The notes below the pieces were generated by a model. The model was not told the DNA's origin, searched no databases, and saw nothing but the letters and a program-made list of their open reading frames with translations. Positions 26,350 through 37,809 of a stretch of 64,000 bases of DNA are shown here, in pieces; position 1 is the stretch's first letter, and every line of letters starts with the position of its first letter. A program made the position numbers and the translations under genes. The stretch is taken from the NCBI GenBank assembly GCA_977030845.1, contig OZ365112.1, positions 35,216,001-35,280,000 of the forward strand, written 5' to 3'. The stretch is from Fimbriosthenelais zetlandica. Its lineage: Eukaryota.

Positions 26350-27849
26350 GAAGCTTTGTGCATTGATCTTTAATCAGATGTCCATTAAAGAGTTCACACA
26401 ATATAACCAGTCATCTGATGTTGTGGAGGGATTTGTAGATTATGGTGAAGGACTTTGACAGGAAAGATTTCTTGCCAACCATGCATTGATACGAGGGCTG
26501 CATTCAAAATGGAAGCAACCCATTGGGTATGTGCTAACATCAGGACCTATTACTAATGACAAACTTCATCTTGTTCTACAACATTGTATGGAGAAAGTTA
26601 GTGAAATAGGTTTTGTTGTAAAAGCACTCATTTGCGATCAGGGTTCAAACAACAGGTCCTGCATGAAAACGATGTTTGGCGAGGGCCACCTGATGCACAA
26701 AAACAAAAAGGTCTTTCTGTTCTACGATCCACCACATCTCTTGAAGAGTGTCAGAAATAATTTTATGAAGCATGGCTTTCAGCTTCATGGTGAGAATATC
26801 AGCTGGGAGTTTGTTGAAAAGTTTTATTATATTGACAAACAAAATCCTATTTAAATGGCTCCAAAACTTAATTACAACAGCACAGCACATCACTGAGTGG
26901 TCGTGCCCTCAGAGCTGGGAATCCCCTTGGCCCTGCTGAGGGCATGACCGGTCAGATGAACACGAGACCCCAGAGCAGTAAGACTGTACACAGGCCACTG
27001 AGTAACTCAACCTCACACCCTTATTGCCCGTCTCTATCATCTCACCCTTCTCTACCTTTATACTACAGTAAGTAAATCGTATACACACACATAGGACATA
27101 CATACATATATCGGACATCATAGAGTATACAATCCCCATAGGCAAAAGTACAACATTGGTATTGCCCGTCTCTATCATCTCACCCTTCTCTACCTTTATA
27201 CTACAGTAAGTAAATTGTATACACACACATAGGACATACATACATATATCGGACATCATAGAGTATACAATCCCCATAGGCAAAAGTACAACATTGGTGT
27301 CAGAAGTCCCGATTCGAAACCATATTATAACCATATTAATATACCACCATTTGGTAAAATGAAAGTTAACCTTGCAGCCCAAGTGCTCAAAGCTATGATT
27401 CTGGTGAAACACGCTAATGTGCACCCAATAACAAGAACATCCCAGCATTATGCACTCTCCAACGAATTTCACAAGTGGAATACGAAAGATCCAAAAGACC
27501 AACTCTGTGATGTGCAACTTGTGCCAGAACTTAGGGGAACAACAAACACGCAATTATGTGAGCAGTTGTTTAGTGTTCTGGACCGAGACACCTATTTTCT
27601 TGATAGGATGTCTCCAAATAAACATATGGTCGTTCTCCGGTTAATACTCCACCTGAAAAACTCTGCAAGAAACAGGAAATCCAGAGACCTAATGCAGAGC
27701 AAACTGAGAAAAGGTTGGCATCTAAAGGTAACATGTCTGATAGAAATAGCTGTACTTCTGAAGGAAGTTCTTGTTGTTTTACCTGAATTGGGAATATATT
27801 GTTCAGGGTACCCGGTACAGTGATACCCTTCGCAGGGCCAATTATTTGG
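26350..27849 (+). mobile_element. P-element transposase fragment fused to a KDZ/HMGXB3-like transposase fragment
   Basis: P motifs KLCALIF.QMSIKE, WKQPIGY, ALICDQGSNN, YDPPHLLKSVRNN, KMKVNLAAQVL; then FHKWN...VPELRG.TNTQ.CEQLFS...YFLDRMSP..H. Confidence 0.8.
26878..27320 (+). mobile_element. Inserted LTR 3' part plus tRNA-Leu-type PBS, containing a 138-bp tandem duplication
   Basis: ...AGTACAACA T TGGTGTCAGAAGTCCCGATTCGAAAC (PBS from 27295). Duplicated unit 27023-27160 / 27161-27298. Absent from the homologous copy at ~48380. Confidence 0.7.
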
Positions 27850-27883
27850 TAAAAAGTGGAAGACTGAATTCCAAAAAAACGAT

Positions 27884-28290
27884 CTGGTGAAACACCCTAA
27901 TGTGCACCCAGTAACAAGAACATCCCAGCATTATGCACTCTCTGACGAATTGCACAAGTGGAATACGAAAAGATCCAAATGACCAACTCCTAATGTGCAA
28001 CTTGTGCCAGAACTTAGATTTCTTGGCCTTTATGATATGAGGGCTGCATAGAAAAAATGGAAGCAGCCCATTGGGTATGTGCCAACTTCAGGACCTATTA
28101 CTACTAGCCTTTATTGGCTCGAGTGGCTTGTAACCAATTTTGTAAATTAATTATTTTGCAGAACCGCATATCGGCTATCGTTCCGGCAAATTTTCTAGAA
28201 GGGGGCACTACAACACTGTATGGAGAAAGTAAGTGAAATAGGTTTTGATGTAAAAGCACTCATTTGCGATCAGCGTTCAAACAACAGGTC
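27884..28290 (+). mobile_element. Further short KDZ-like (27884-28017) and P-transposase (28020-28290) fragments
   Basis: Near-copies of 27400-27535 and of 26500-26660 (WKQPIGY; ALICDQ.SNNR). Confidence 0.75.
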
Positions 28291-28293
28291 GCT

Positions 28294-29165
28294 TTAGCTC
28301 AGCAGGGAAATGGTCTTCTCTGTTTCGCTAAGACTCACATGAATGAGGCTTCTTTTCTTTTTTAAAATTTCACCCAAGAAATTAATTCCTTTATCTCTGA
28401 GTCCACCCAACAGACCGCTGAATTCAGGAAATTCAATAAGAAACTTTTCAAATACAGAGACCGCTTCTGCAGAATGGGTTGGCCATAGATGGACAACTCC
28501 AATATTTTCAGGCTAGTGATTAAATTTACAATGCCCTATTGCTACTTCTTGATGCTGAATCATCTCCCACTATTCTTGACAAATCTTGGATGGTAAGTGA
28601 CAATAAAAGATCAGCTTGCCGAATGCAGCCCATATGGCGAAACTATACTCTGTGCCTCAGGAGTTGTGGAAAACACAGGGATGAGACACAGCTGGCCTTA
28701 TATAACAATGTGGGGAAAGAAGTATTAAGTCACTGTCAAACTAAGACATTTCTCTCCATGTCTATCAGTCCCACACATGTAACTTTGAATGACACCAGGC
28801 ATGTATTAATAGCACAGGGTACCACAGGTACAGTCTGTCCAAACTAAGTTGACCCGAAACTACAGTACAAATGTATGGTGGTTTCGGGTCAACTTAGTTT
28901 GGACAGACTGTATATCAAAGTGTCCAGACCATCCTAGCCAATACTTGAGCCTGGGTTTTTTTTATGATGTGTTGATGTGCTTTGTGGGTTTGAGTTGGAA
29001 TTGTCTGAAGCTACCTTGCACGCAAAAATCTCGCCATGAGGTTCAAGTCAGTAGTTTCGAGCAGCTCACGAGTTGGTCTACTCATTTTTCCTTCTACTCA
29101 CCCCCATACCTTTATCATCTAGGTAAGCTACTCTTACTCCATAGATGCAGACACCTCATCATCAC
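28294..29165 (+). pseudogene. Env fragments related to the 38130-40250 env, out of colinear order
   Basis: 28294 matches 38655 (AQQGNGLL); 28660 matches 39101 (CASGV.EN); 29030-29165 matches 38855-38990. Confidence 0.7.
28831..28910. mobile_element. 80-bp Tc1/mariner-type MITE
   Basis: Perfect 30-bp TIRs CAGTCTGTCCAAACTAAGTTGACCCGAAAC, 20-bp spacer, TA on both sides. Confidence 0.85.
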
Positions 29166-30353
29166 AGTGGCTGAAATATTTTGGCGCCATGGCCGGGCCA
29201 CGAGGTCCAGGGAGAACTAAGTAGGCAGACCACCTTCAACAACCTACTCAGACGGGTCATGGCGAGAGAGCTGCAAGTTCGCAGATGCTTTGTGTGTGAG
29301 GGTTTATAAATAGCATCACAGGTGGGTGAGGGTTTACAAAAAGCCCCAAAGGTTGGTGAGAGTGTACAAATAGCCTCAAAGGCTAGCAATTGAATGGTTT
29401 TGAGCAGCCTAGAGTGTGGGCTTTTCAGCTCTTATATACACCATACACTGATGCACCCTACATCGATGCACCCTACACCGATGCACATACATTGATGTGT
29501 ATGCTAAAATGAACCGAGCAGGACCATGCTGGGGTCACATACTCCATACTACCACATTGCATAGGGATATTCAATGAGTTTTCATGTTAAATGCACATAC
29601 AACATTGCAAGTGGAACAGGAGGAGGAGGAGGGGATCCTGTCCTGATGGGAGCAGGCCCTTACCTGCCTTACCACACTGTCCACTAATTACTACATAATA
29701 TATACTACAATTGATTGGGAATTATGGTTAATTGGGAATTATGGTTAATTTGGAGATTAACTATGGCCAACAATTTCTCCTCAAGGCCTATTTCATTTCA
29801 TGCACAAGAATTACTCTTACCTTACACACTTGATTACAAACTTACTCCTGCTTCTTACAGATAACATAAGATACTATAAGATACATGACTTATATGATTA
29901 ATTGTCAACACATGTTACATGGGGGGGGGGGAGGGTATTCTCAACATTGTTAACCAGGGCGACTGGCGTTGGTTCATCAGTGGGATGGGCAATGGCCTAC
30001 ACACTAGGGCCTGCCTAGCTCGGCTGGCCTAAGGGGGGCATGAACACTATGATTGATTAATCAATCCTGGCGTTAAGTATAGGCATTTACTGAAGCTGGC
30101 ATTTGCTGCTCAGACAGAAAGCCAAGGTGTGAATCCCCAGATGTCTATTGTATGGGGAATAATGCAGGTGTTTTGATTATATACAGGTTCGTCATACTGC
30201 TGAGTATTCACTGTACTCAGGCCTCTGAGGTTGAGGTGCAATCACCGGTATTGGCCATAACTATGGAGCAATATTTCGGGAGAAACAGAATCACAGGGAA
30301 GGCGGGGGGCACAGGAGGCCAGTGGTGGGCCCAGGGAGGCAGGGGAAGCCAGG

Positions 30354-31150
30354 ATGCGTCACTCTCCATCGAGCTACCGTCAGGATAACCGATTACCGCT
30401 AATCGTCCCTGCTGGACTAATGCCGGCCGAGAACGGCCCGACCAGGTCCTTGACCTTGGGGCTGGCTCGGGTCCCGAACGGGGTGATCATCGTTACAGAG
30501 CGGGCGGCGGTCACCGGCCCCTCGACCAACAGTGTAAGCGTACCCGTCCCGTCATGCTACCCACTGACCCAGGGGACACAGTAAGTAATACACCTTTCTG
30601 TCCTTATTACCTTCTTTGTGGTAAGGGCTGATAGCTTCCGGGGGTAAAGTGTGAAGCGACCGCACCCCGGTTTCATATTGCATTTCTTATCCTATTGCTT
30701 TGATAGAATAAACTCCTTTCAGGGGAAGAAAGAAAAGAAATGTTGCATAGTGGTAAATGCCATGTGGATGGAATTATCCATATTCATAATTGCAGGGGGA
30801 AAAAGAAGAATCAACCTGGATGTATAATAGAACGAAAAAAAAACTGTCCAAGTTTCTTGCTATCCCAAGGTATAGATTAAGTGCTGCATGTATGTAGAAC
30901 GGTTTAATCGTATGCTAGATTGACCGCGCTACTTGTGGTTGACCACAGGATTATATGTTTATCGGTGGAGAATGGCAAGGGAGAGGAGGTGACTAATTGG
31001 CCTCTCCCCCTGAGCCTCATGATGAGTGCCACGCATGTTTGTGTGTGAGTGGCTCGTGCCAGGGGCTGGGCGGAGGGTGGGTGTTAGTGTAGATTATGCA
31101 GCCTCCGTCTATAGGAGAAGGTAATCATCATAAGTGGTGCTATTTGGCCG
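30354..31150 (+). mobile_element. Gypsy 3' region: small accessory ORF homolog, 3' UTR and LTR start
   Basis: LIVPAGLMPAENGPTRSLTLG...VTERA...PSCYPLTQ; UTR and LTR align with 10500-10900. Confidence 0.7.
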
Positions 31151-31240
31151 GTACTGCCATCAGCGCTTTCCTTCCGGCTGGGAGCCGAGAAGGATGATAC
31201 TCCACTCAATTATAATCTGTGTTTGTCACCGAAAGTGTGA

Positions 31241-31560
31241 GTGAACGATATCGCCATGCACAAAGTCAACTTCGGTTTCCCTATGGTGATACCTGAGCCG
31301 ATTGTTCCTATTAATATTAGTGTGCATGCTAATAATCTAAACCTAACACAGCTGGATAAATTGGAGTCATTTCAAGATTATCTCTTTGAAATTAATAACC
31401 AAACTTATTCGAAAATACACATAAGACACGGACCAAAAGAAGGGGAATTCAGTTGGTGGGGGATGCATTGAACTGGGCCTTTGGCACAGGAACTGAGCCA
31501 GAGATACAGGATGTATCCTCTGATCTACATCGCGTCATTCGCACAATGCAAACAACGTAA
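31241..31560 (+). pseudogene. Gypsy env fragment with furin site and fusion peptide
   Basis: Alternate frame from ~31429 reads RTKRR then GIQLVGDALNWAFGTGTEPEIQDVSSDL. Confidence 0.75.
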
Positions 31561-31665
31561 CTGAATAATTTGCAAAGAATGATTATTTTTAGTCCAAGGT
31601 ATAGGGAGGCAGGGAGGCAAGGACGCGTCTCTTTTGATCGAGCTGTTCGTCTGACCACTTTGAAA

Positions 31666-31800
31666 ATGGCCGTGTACCATGTCCTTATTGTCCTGCCTGC
31701 AGGAAGCATGCCGTCTGAGAGTGGCCCTTCAGGGCCTCTGACTGTGGGGTTGAGTCTTGCCCCGGATGGCCAGGTTGTTGTCACCGAGCAGGCGGCGGGC
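31666..31800 (+). pseudogene. Third lineage of the small accessory ORF (truncated)
   Basis: MAVYHVLIVLPAGSMPSESGPSGPLTVGLSLAPDGQVVVTEQAAG. Confidence 0.6.
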
Positions 31801-32348
31801 AAAAAAAATATACTCCAACACTTCATCAGAGCTTAGGTCAGAGGATAAAGGCTAGGTCCTTCTCAACTGAGAAGTACATTGAACATGTGTCATTGTACAA
31901 AATCGAGGATGGTAACAATGATCAATACAATGATCTCTACAATGATAGAAGCACCACAGCCAGAGAAAAAATGAATCTCCACAGTCATAAAGTATTTATT
32001 TCTTGGGGCACAGTGAAGATTTTGGACGGGATGTTTCCTTTACTCCATCAGCTCTTATTGTATCGGGATACTCAGTTGTGGGGCCTTTTTCACCAACAAA
32101 ATGCTATGAAAATTGATTAGGTATAATATTAATCTTTTGTTTTACAATCACGCCAATATTAATAAAATCATTTCCCAAAAAGAATAGTTCAGTGTATACA
32201 AAGCACTGAGTGACCGAGTGACCACCTCGTGTTTGTGGCCATTTTGGTGACCAGCGTCCCAGGCCACATGTGGGACGAGTTTGTTGTGAAAAATCTGCCT
32301 CCTGATTGGCTTAACGCCGCACACAGGGAGGGCCTGGCTACTGGTCAA

Positions 32349-32790
32349 TTACAAAGAAGAAGGGAGGTAGTGACAGTTAATGCAGGTGGCATATGAGATC
32401 CATGTGATGGAGGTGCCACCTGCACCGTGACTTGAGTCCATAGGGCTCACCTTTGGATGGTGCAGTTGTCGACCCGTCCTGCATCTCTGCTGGCGAGCAG
32501 ATCTCAATATACAAGTGTATGGCATGCAACGGAGGATCTCACTCCAGTCGAAGGTTGTAGTTCCCTTTTCCAAAGTCGACAAACTGACAAAAGCCTGTGG
32601 GGACAGCCAGACCGACATAGTCCTGACGGTGGTGCCACCTCAAGGGGGACATCACCAGCTGGCCTGGGCATCCCATTATACTGGACGGATTCCGTTCACG
32701 GAATTCCAGTGAGTTATCATTTCTGTTTTGGGGTGGCGTAGAATGATTGGCGGTGCCTAAAGATCGATATACCTTTCCAGGGGAACATTA
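32349..32790 (+). pseudogene. Env C-terminal cytoplasmic domain fragment
   Basis: Homologous to 52620-52820 and 53440-53800 (LQRRREVV...MEVPPAP.LESIGLTFGWC.CRPVLHL...VYG.QRRISL). Confidence 0.75.
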
Positions 32791-33089
32791 TGGTTTAAGT
32801 ATTGAATCTGGTATTGAAGCTGATAGCCTCCAAATACCCCCATCTGTAACTGACAACACAAACGGCAGCTCCCGAATAGATATTAAATATAATGGGAACG
32901 TTGCTAGGGGCCATGACCAGGAAGAGCTCCCTGGTGTTGCTGTTGGTGGCCGACCCAACCTTTCCCAAACCTCCCCATACTATGAGACTGGCACTGCCCT
33001 GTCTGGCATCACAGAGTAATTTGTCTAAAGTAATATGTCAGCTGGTTGGTCTCACAGGCAAGAGCCCTGTAATACTCCAGACAAAAGGA

Positions 33090-35226
33090 ATGTCTGATAA
33101 GGTCAATAACCGAAGTTTTCTAGAAAAGGGCCTCAAAGTCCACCACGGAGAAATTGTATTTTGTTCATGAAGGCAAACATATCTATGTAATGTATGACCC
33201 TCCTCATTTGTTAAAAAATGTTAGAAATAACCTCATGAAGCATGGTCTAATGTATAAAGGAAACAAAGTGTAAGTGTCTTGGGATCATCTTGGGATATTG
33301 TTTTTAATAAAAGTTGTTCTGTGAGAATGGCCCCTAATCTAACAGATAAGCACATAAATTTACCACCATTTTCGGCCATGAGAGTTTGCTTAGCAGCACA
33401 GATTTTTTAGCCACTCAGTTGCAGCAGGGGTGGCTGTAATGAGCTCAGATGGGTGGAACATGCTGTCACCTGAAGCACGCCACACTGCAGAGTGAATGAA
33501 TGAATGGTGATTTAACGCCATGCCTGCTGCTAAAGGCTATATTCATGGCGAGAAATAGTTTGTCAAACAATTAATATTGAAACATTAGGACCGAAACCAT
33601 CAAGATGTAATCAATAGGGTTAAAAGAAGTATGTAGATGAGTAATAAAAGTAAAAAGTTGAGGTAAAATTGCAGAAAGTAAAAGGATTGATCTATATAAT
33701 CAGCAGTGTTTATTAAAGCATGTAAATTCTGACAGTCTTCTGCTTTCACTTTGCAGAGTTTATAAATGACATGGACAAGTTATTTAATAGTTTCAATAGT
33801 TCCACTTTGAGAAGTAGCCAGCCCTTCCGTCATGCTATTCGAAACGGGAGTGGCCATGTGGAACATAAAAAAATGCCCTTGTTTGGATGAAGAGTTTGAC
33901 TTTACCATCTGGAAAGCAAGTCCCATGTTTTCTGGGCTGGCAAATCTCTATTCAGAGTGAACTCTGTTTGTGGGAAGACCTGAGACAAAATCATAATTAT
34001 TCCTATCTGCTCACAAATAGACTGAACAAGGATTGGCTGGAAAATATGTTTTCTATCATTCGAGGAAAAGGGGGGCTTCAGAGACAATCCAAACCCTGAG
34101 CAGTTTTGATCCGCATTCCATCAGGTCATTGTTGACCAGCTCTTGGTTCAAAGTGATCCCAGTAACTGCTCTGCGGATCTAGATAAAGTTCTTCTTGATC
34201 TATCATCAATAAATGCTTCCTCCACATCTAACATTCCTGTTTCAAGTCCATCATCTCTTTCAAATGCACCCCTTGATCCAGTAAATCAACAAGACACCCC
34301 CTTGCCAGATTTTGAGGTTTTAGTTCTTTTTCCCCAACTTCCATCTCTACCTGAGCAGAACAGTCTGACCTATATTGCAGGATACCTCCTCAGAAAAAGT
34401 GAAATTATTGGTTGCAAAACTTGTTGCTCCATTTTTACATATATAACACCGCCAGAAGAAAGCAACTATGATTTTGTCCGCGCCAAAGCTTACAGATTGG
34501 AGGGAACTCTAATATATCCATCTGTACTATTTGTTGCATTGGTGACCAAACTAGAGTCAAGGTTTAATTTCATTTTCCCCTCTGTCATGCATACAGCTGG
34601 GGTTATGTTAAAATTGTGTACCACCTCATTTACTTGTATCAAAGAACTTGCAATAGAAACATGTGGGGAGAAGGAATGCCAGAGCAGCTTAAAAAAATGT
34701 GTAACACTTTTCATGAAAGTGCGCCTTCACCTCTGTTTAAAGATGTCAAATATAAGTAATAATGATGAGTCAAAAGGTACGAAAAGGAACAGGAAGGTAT
34801 TGAAGTTGATGCACTCATGATGTGTGATTATGTTATCGAAGATGTAGTTAAACTAACTTGGGTGAACAGCTCTCATTGATGGAATCATAAGATCATACTG
34901 TTTCACTTCGTTTGAAGTGAAGTCACACATAATTTTATTTTGAGCTGATGATTTTTCTCCTTGTATATGATAATACATGTTTACTTTGTTTTAAGTAAAA
35001 ACATTCACGCATATTTTTAGCTGATGCTTTTTGTCATTGTGTAAGATAATGCTGTTTTACTTTGAAGTAAAAACAGTTGCACAGGGTGAAAAGACGAGAT
35101 CCATAATACTTAACACTTAAGCACAATTTAACTCTGCTTTTGTCATGGTATACATATATGATCTCATATTGAATAGATATTGTTGGCCACAGATGCCCGA
35201 GCAAGCTCTACTTTAAGACTTCATTG
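33090..35226 (+). mobile_element. P-element (THAP9-type) transposase remnant with C-terminal region and probable 3' terminus
   Basis: YDPPHLLKNVRNN, MAPNLTDKHINLPPF, DKLFNSFNS, LTNRLNKDWLENMFSIIRGKGG, C-terminal YIAGYL...YPS...RLH. Ends ...GACTTCATTG (reverse complement CAATGAAGTC). Confidence 0.9.
33494..33751 (-). mobile_element. (ATTC)n-tailed retroposon inserted in the P transposase
   Basis: Starts GAATGAATGAATGGTGATTTAACGCCATGCC; 8-bp TSD TGCAGAGT (33486-33493 and 33752-33759). Removal restores the reading HTAEFINDMDKLF. Confidence 0.8.
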
Positions 35227-35479
35227 TTTGTTATTCAAATAATGTCAGATTAGAATACTGCATGTACATTTTTTGTGCATTTAGCCTACATCCTATTTCT
35301 CGTGAAATTTGCAAATTATTGTTAACGTGCCCTGGTGAGGTGAGCAGGGAAGAAAACATGTCCTGGCAACGTCAAGCAGCCAGAAATAGCCCATTAAGAA
35401 AGTCATTAGACTCTCTAAGCGTGCCAGAACTCACCACCAGGCACTCGGGGAAGCGATACCCAATGTTGATGATGAGATT

Positions 35480-36740
35480 TATGGGGAAATTGGCCCTGAG
35501 TTGGGGATACCTGTGAGTTTGGAGCAGTTAAAGAAAATGCAGGGGGAAGATCCTGTATGTAAGGGTTACATTCAGTTCATAACCAATGGGGAATTGCCAC
35601 TTGAAAATAAAACAGCGAGAGAAATCATTCTTTCACACAACAAATTCTTTATCAAAAGTGGTATATTACTTAGGGTCCCCAATAAAATGAAAATAGACAA
35701 GATTTTGGAATCAGTTCAAATTGTAATACCCTCTAGTTTGGTGCAGCAAATACTACAGGTGTTGCATAACTGGCCCACGGGGGTCATTTGGGTATATCCA
35801 AGATGATGGGAATCATCCAGAAACGGATGTACTGGTCAGGGTTAGCGAACGACATAGCACAACATGTAGGCATGTGTAAAACATGTTTGCAAACTAAGCC
35901 TTCTTTGCATCCTGTTAGACCACCAATGACCTTGCGTGACCTGGCTCCAGCACCATGTGCTCACGTTATGATCGATGCTATTGGGCCTATGACTGTGACT
36001 AATTCCGGAAACCAATATATACATGTAGCTATCGACATGTAGCTTTACACATTATGTTATAGCATGGCCCACCACAAATTTAACAGCTAACACCTCCAAA
36101 AAGGAATTCTTCCAAAAGGTATTGTGTGTCTGGGGAATACCACACTGCCTGTATTCGGATAACGGAGTGCCATATTCCGCTAAGGAATTTAAATCATTTT
36201 GTCATACTTTCGGAATTAAACAAATATTTGGCTCTGCATATAAACCCACTATGCAAGGGCAAATTGAACGCATGAATAAAAACATAGTGCATTCCATTAG
36301 GGCCTTTGTTGCAAAGAACCAGAAGAACTGGGATGTCTTTATACCCGCAGTAACGTTTGCCATTAATATTTCTGACTCCTATAGTCTTGGGTATTCACGC
36401 TACCTGCTAATGCGGTAGAAATGCAACCGCACCCCCAGAGGCCGTATTAGGAGAAGTGGAGGAGTGGAAGCCTATTCTGGAGCAGCTCACAGAGCTCATG
36501 AATCGGCAGTCTGCAGCTGCTGAGCAGGCCATGAGAAACCTTGAAATAACTCAGGGTAAAATGAAGCGTCGCTTTGATGAGGGCGCCGCCTTGCCTGCTC
36601 TAAGGCCAGGCATTATTGTGTATGTCAAAATTAATAGGCTCTTGCATAAGAAAACATCTCGTAAGCTTCAGCCCGTTTATAGGGACCCTATATCATTACT
36701 GGTATGCCATCACGCCATACAGCGCAATTACATAATTTAA
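35480..36740 (+). mobile_element. Gypsy integrase (H2C2 finger, DDE core, C-terminal region), frameshifted
   Basis: LH..PTG/GHLG...MYW...CKTC; IDAIGP; YSDNGVPY; QGQIERMNK; GIIVYVK...KLQPVY. Confidence 0.92.
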
Positions 36741-37809
36741 ATAATGGTAAACAGGAACCTAGACCTGTAAGTATCACTGGTAGGTCCGGTGTAAGGGGTG
36801 GCCTTGGCGCCCAAGTCATTAAGCTTAGCCGGCAAGCTGCTGTAGGTATATACACGCAGCCGCCAGTCCCTGGTGTATCAGTTCTCTCAGCAATTCACAA
36901 GAGCACAGACGGGAAACTGTAAAGCCTCCTCCTCTCCATCAACTCTAGCAATCACCATGATGTCTCTCATACTAATGTGGTAAGAGTTTATAAATTCTTT
37001 CGTGCCTACTTTCTGTTTTAAAATGTATTTGTGTAAATGTATTTACTCTGGAATTACAAGGGATTAGCACCGCCTGGAGTACATACTATCATGGAGAGCA
37101 CTTGTTGTCTTTTTGGGATCTCCCTCCTGGCCAGTCAGGTGTGTGGTGCAATAGCAACAGCAGGCACTACAGCAGCGCCACCATGTATACTCCGCCAGAA
37201 TTATGGCATAATCTTTGGCAGAAAACCCTTTCGACTTGAAACTCAAATCTCCACCCAGCATGTAACGTTTGACATCCCCATACAGATTCAACTCTACATG
37301 AACCCACAACTCATCACCCTGCACCCTCAATGCTGGATCCCACTCTATCTGCACCTACTCAAGAGGACTTGGGTAACATAGCTTTCCACCCAGGGCCTTT
37401 GACAAGGTCCAGGGCTCACCAACTCCTCTACAAGAGGGAAGCTACTCCCCCAGCCGAACCACCAACCCCTGAGGAAGTCCAGGCCACCAAGCGAATTATA
37501 CTTGAAGATGAGAGCAGTTAAACTTAGTTAAGTTTAGGAAAATATTTTGCGTGCGAGAACTCGCCCAGCCAAAGATCAGGCAGGCCAAGTTTGACCGGGG
37601 TCATATGCGCAAACATATAGATAACCATAAATAGAAAGGTACTAAGCAGACATAAATTCTAAAAGGAATTTCTCCCAGATGTTAATGGAATCTTTGGCAA
37701 AGGTAACCATGAGTTCGGGTTCAGTGTGAGGTTAACGAGATTCATATCGCTGTATACATACAGGATGAACATTGCAGAAGTTATTTTGAGTTCCTAAGGA
37801 GGGGCGGCC

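Noticed and set aside
26909-27553. 214-aa minus-strand ORF (and 48154-48609)
   Set aside because: Antisense shadow of the P/KDZ fragments and the duplicated LTR piece.
32515-32712. MYGMQRR.../MYGVQRR... (also 53551-53748) as independent small genes
   Set aside because: They are the in-frame tail of the Env C-terminal domain after decay-generated breaks.
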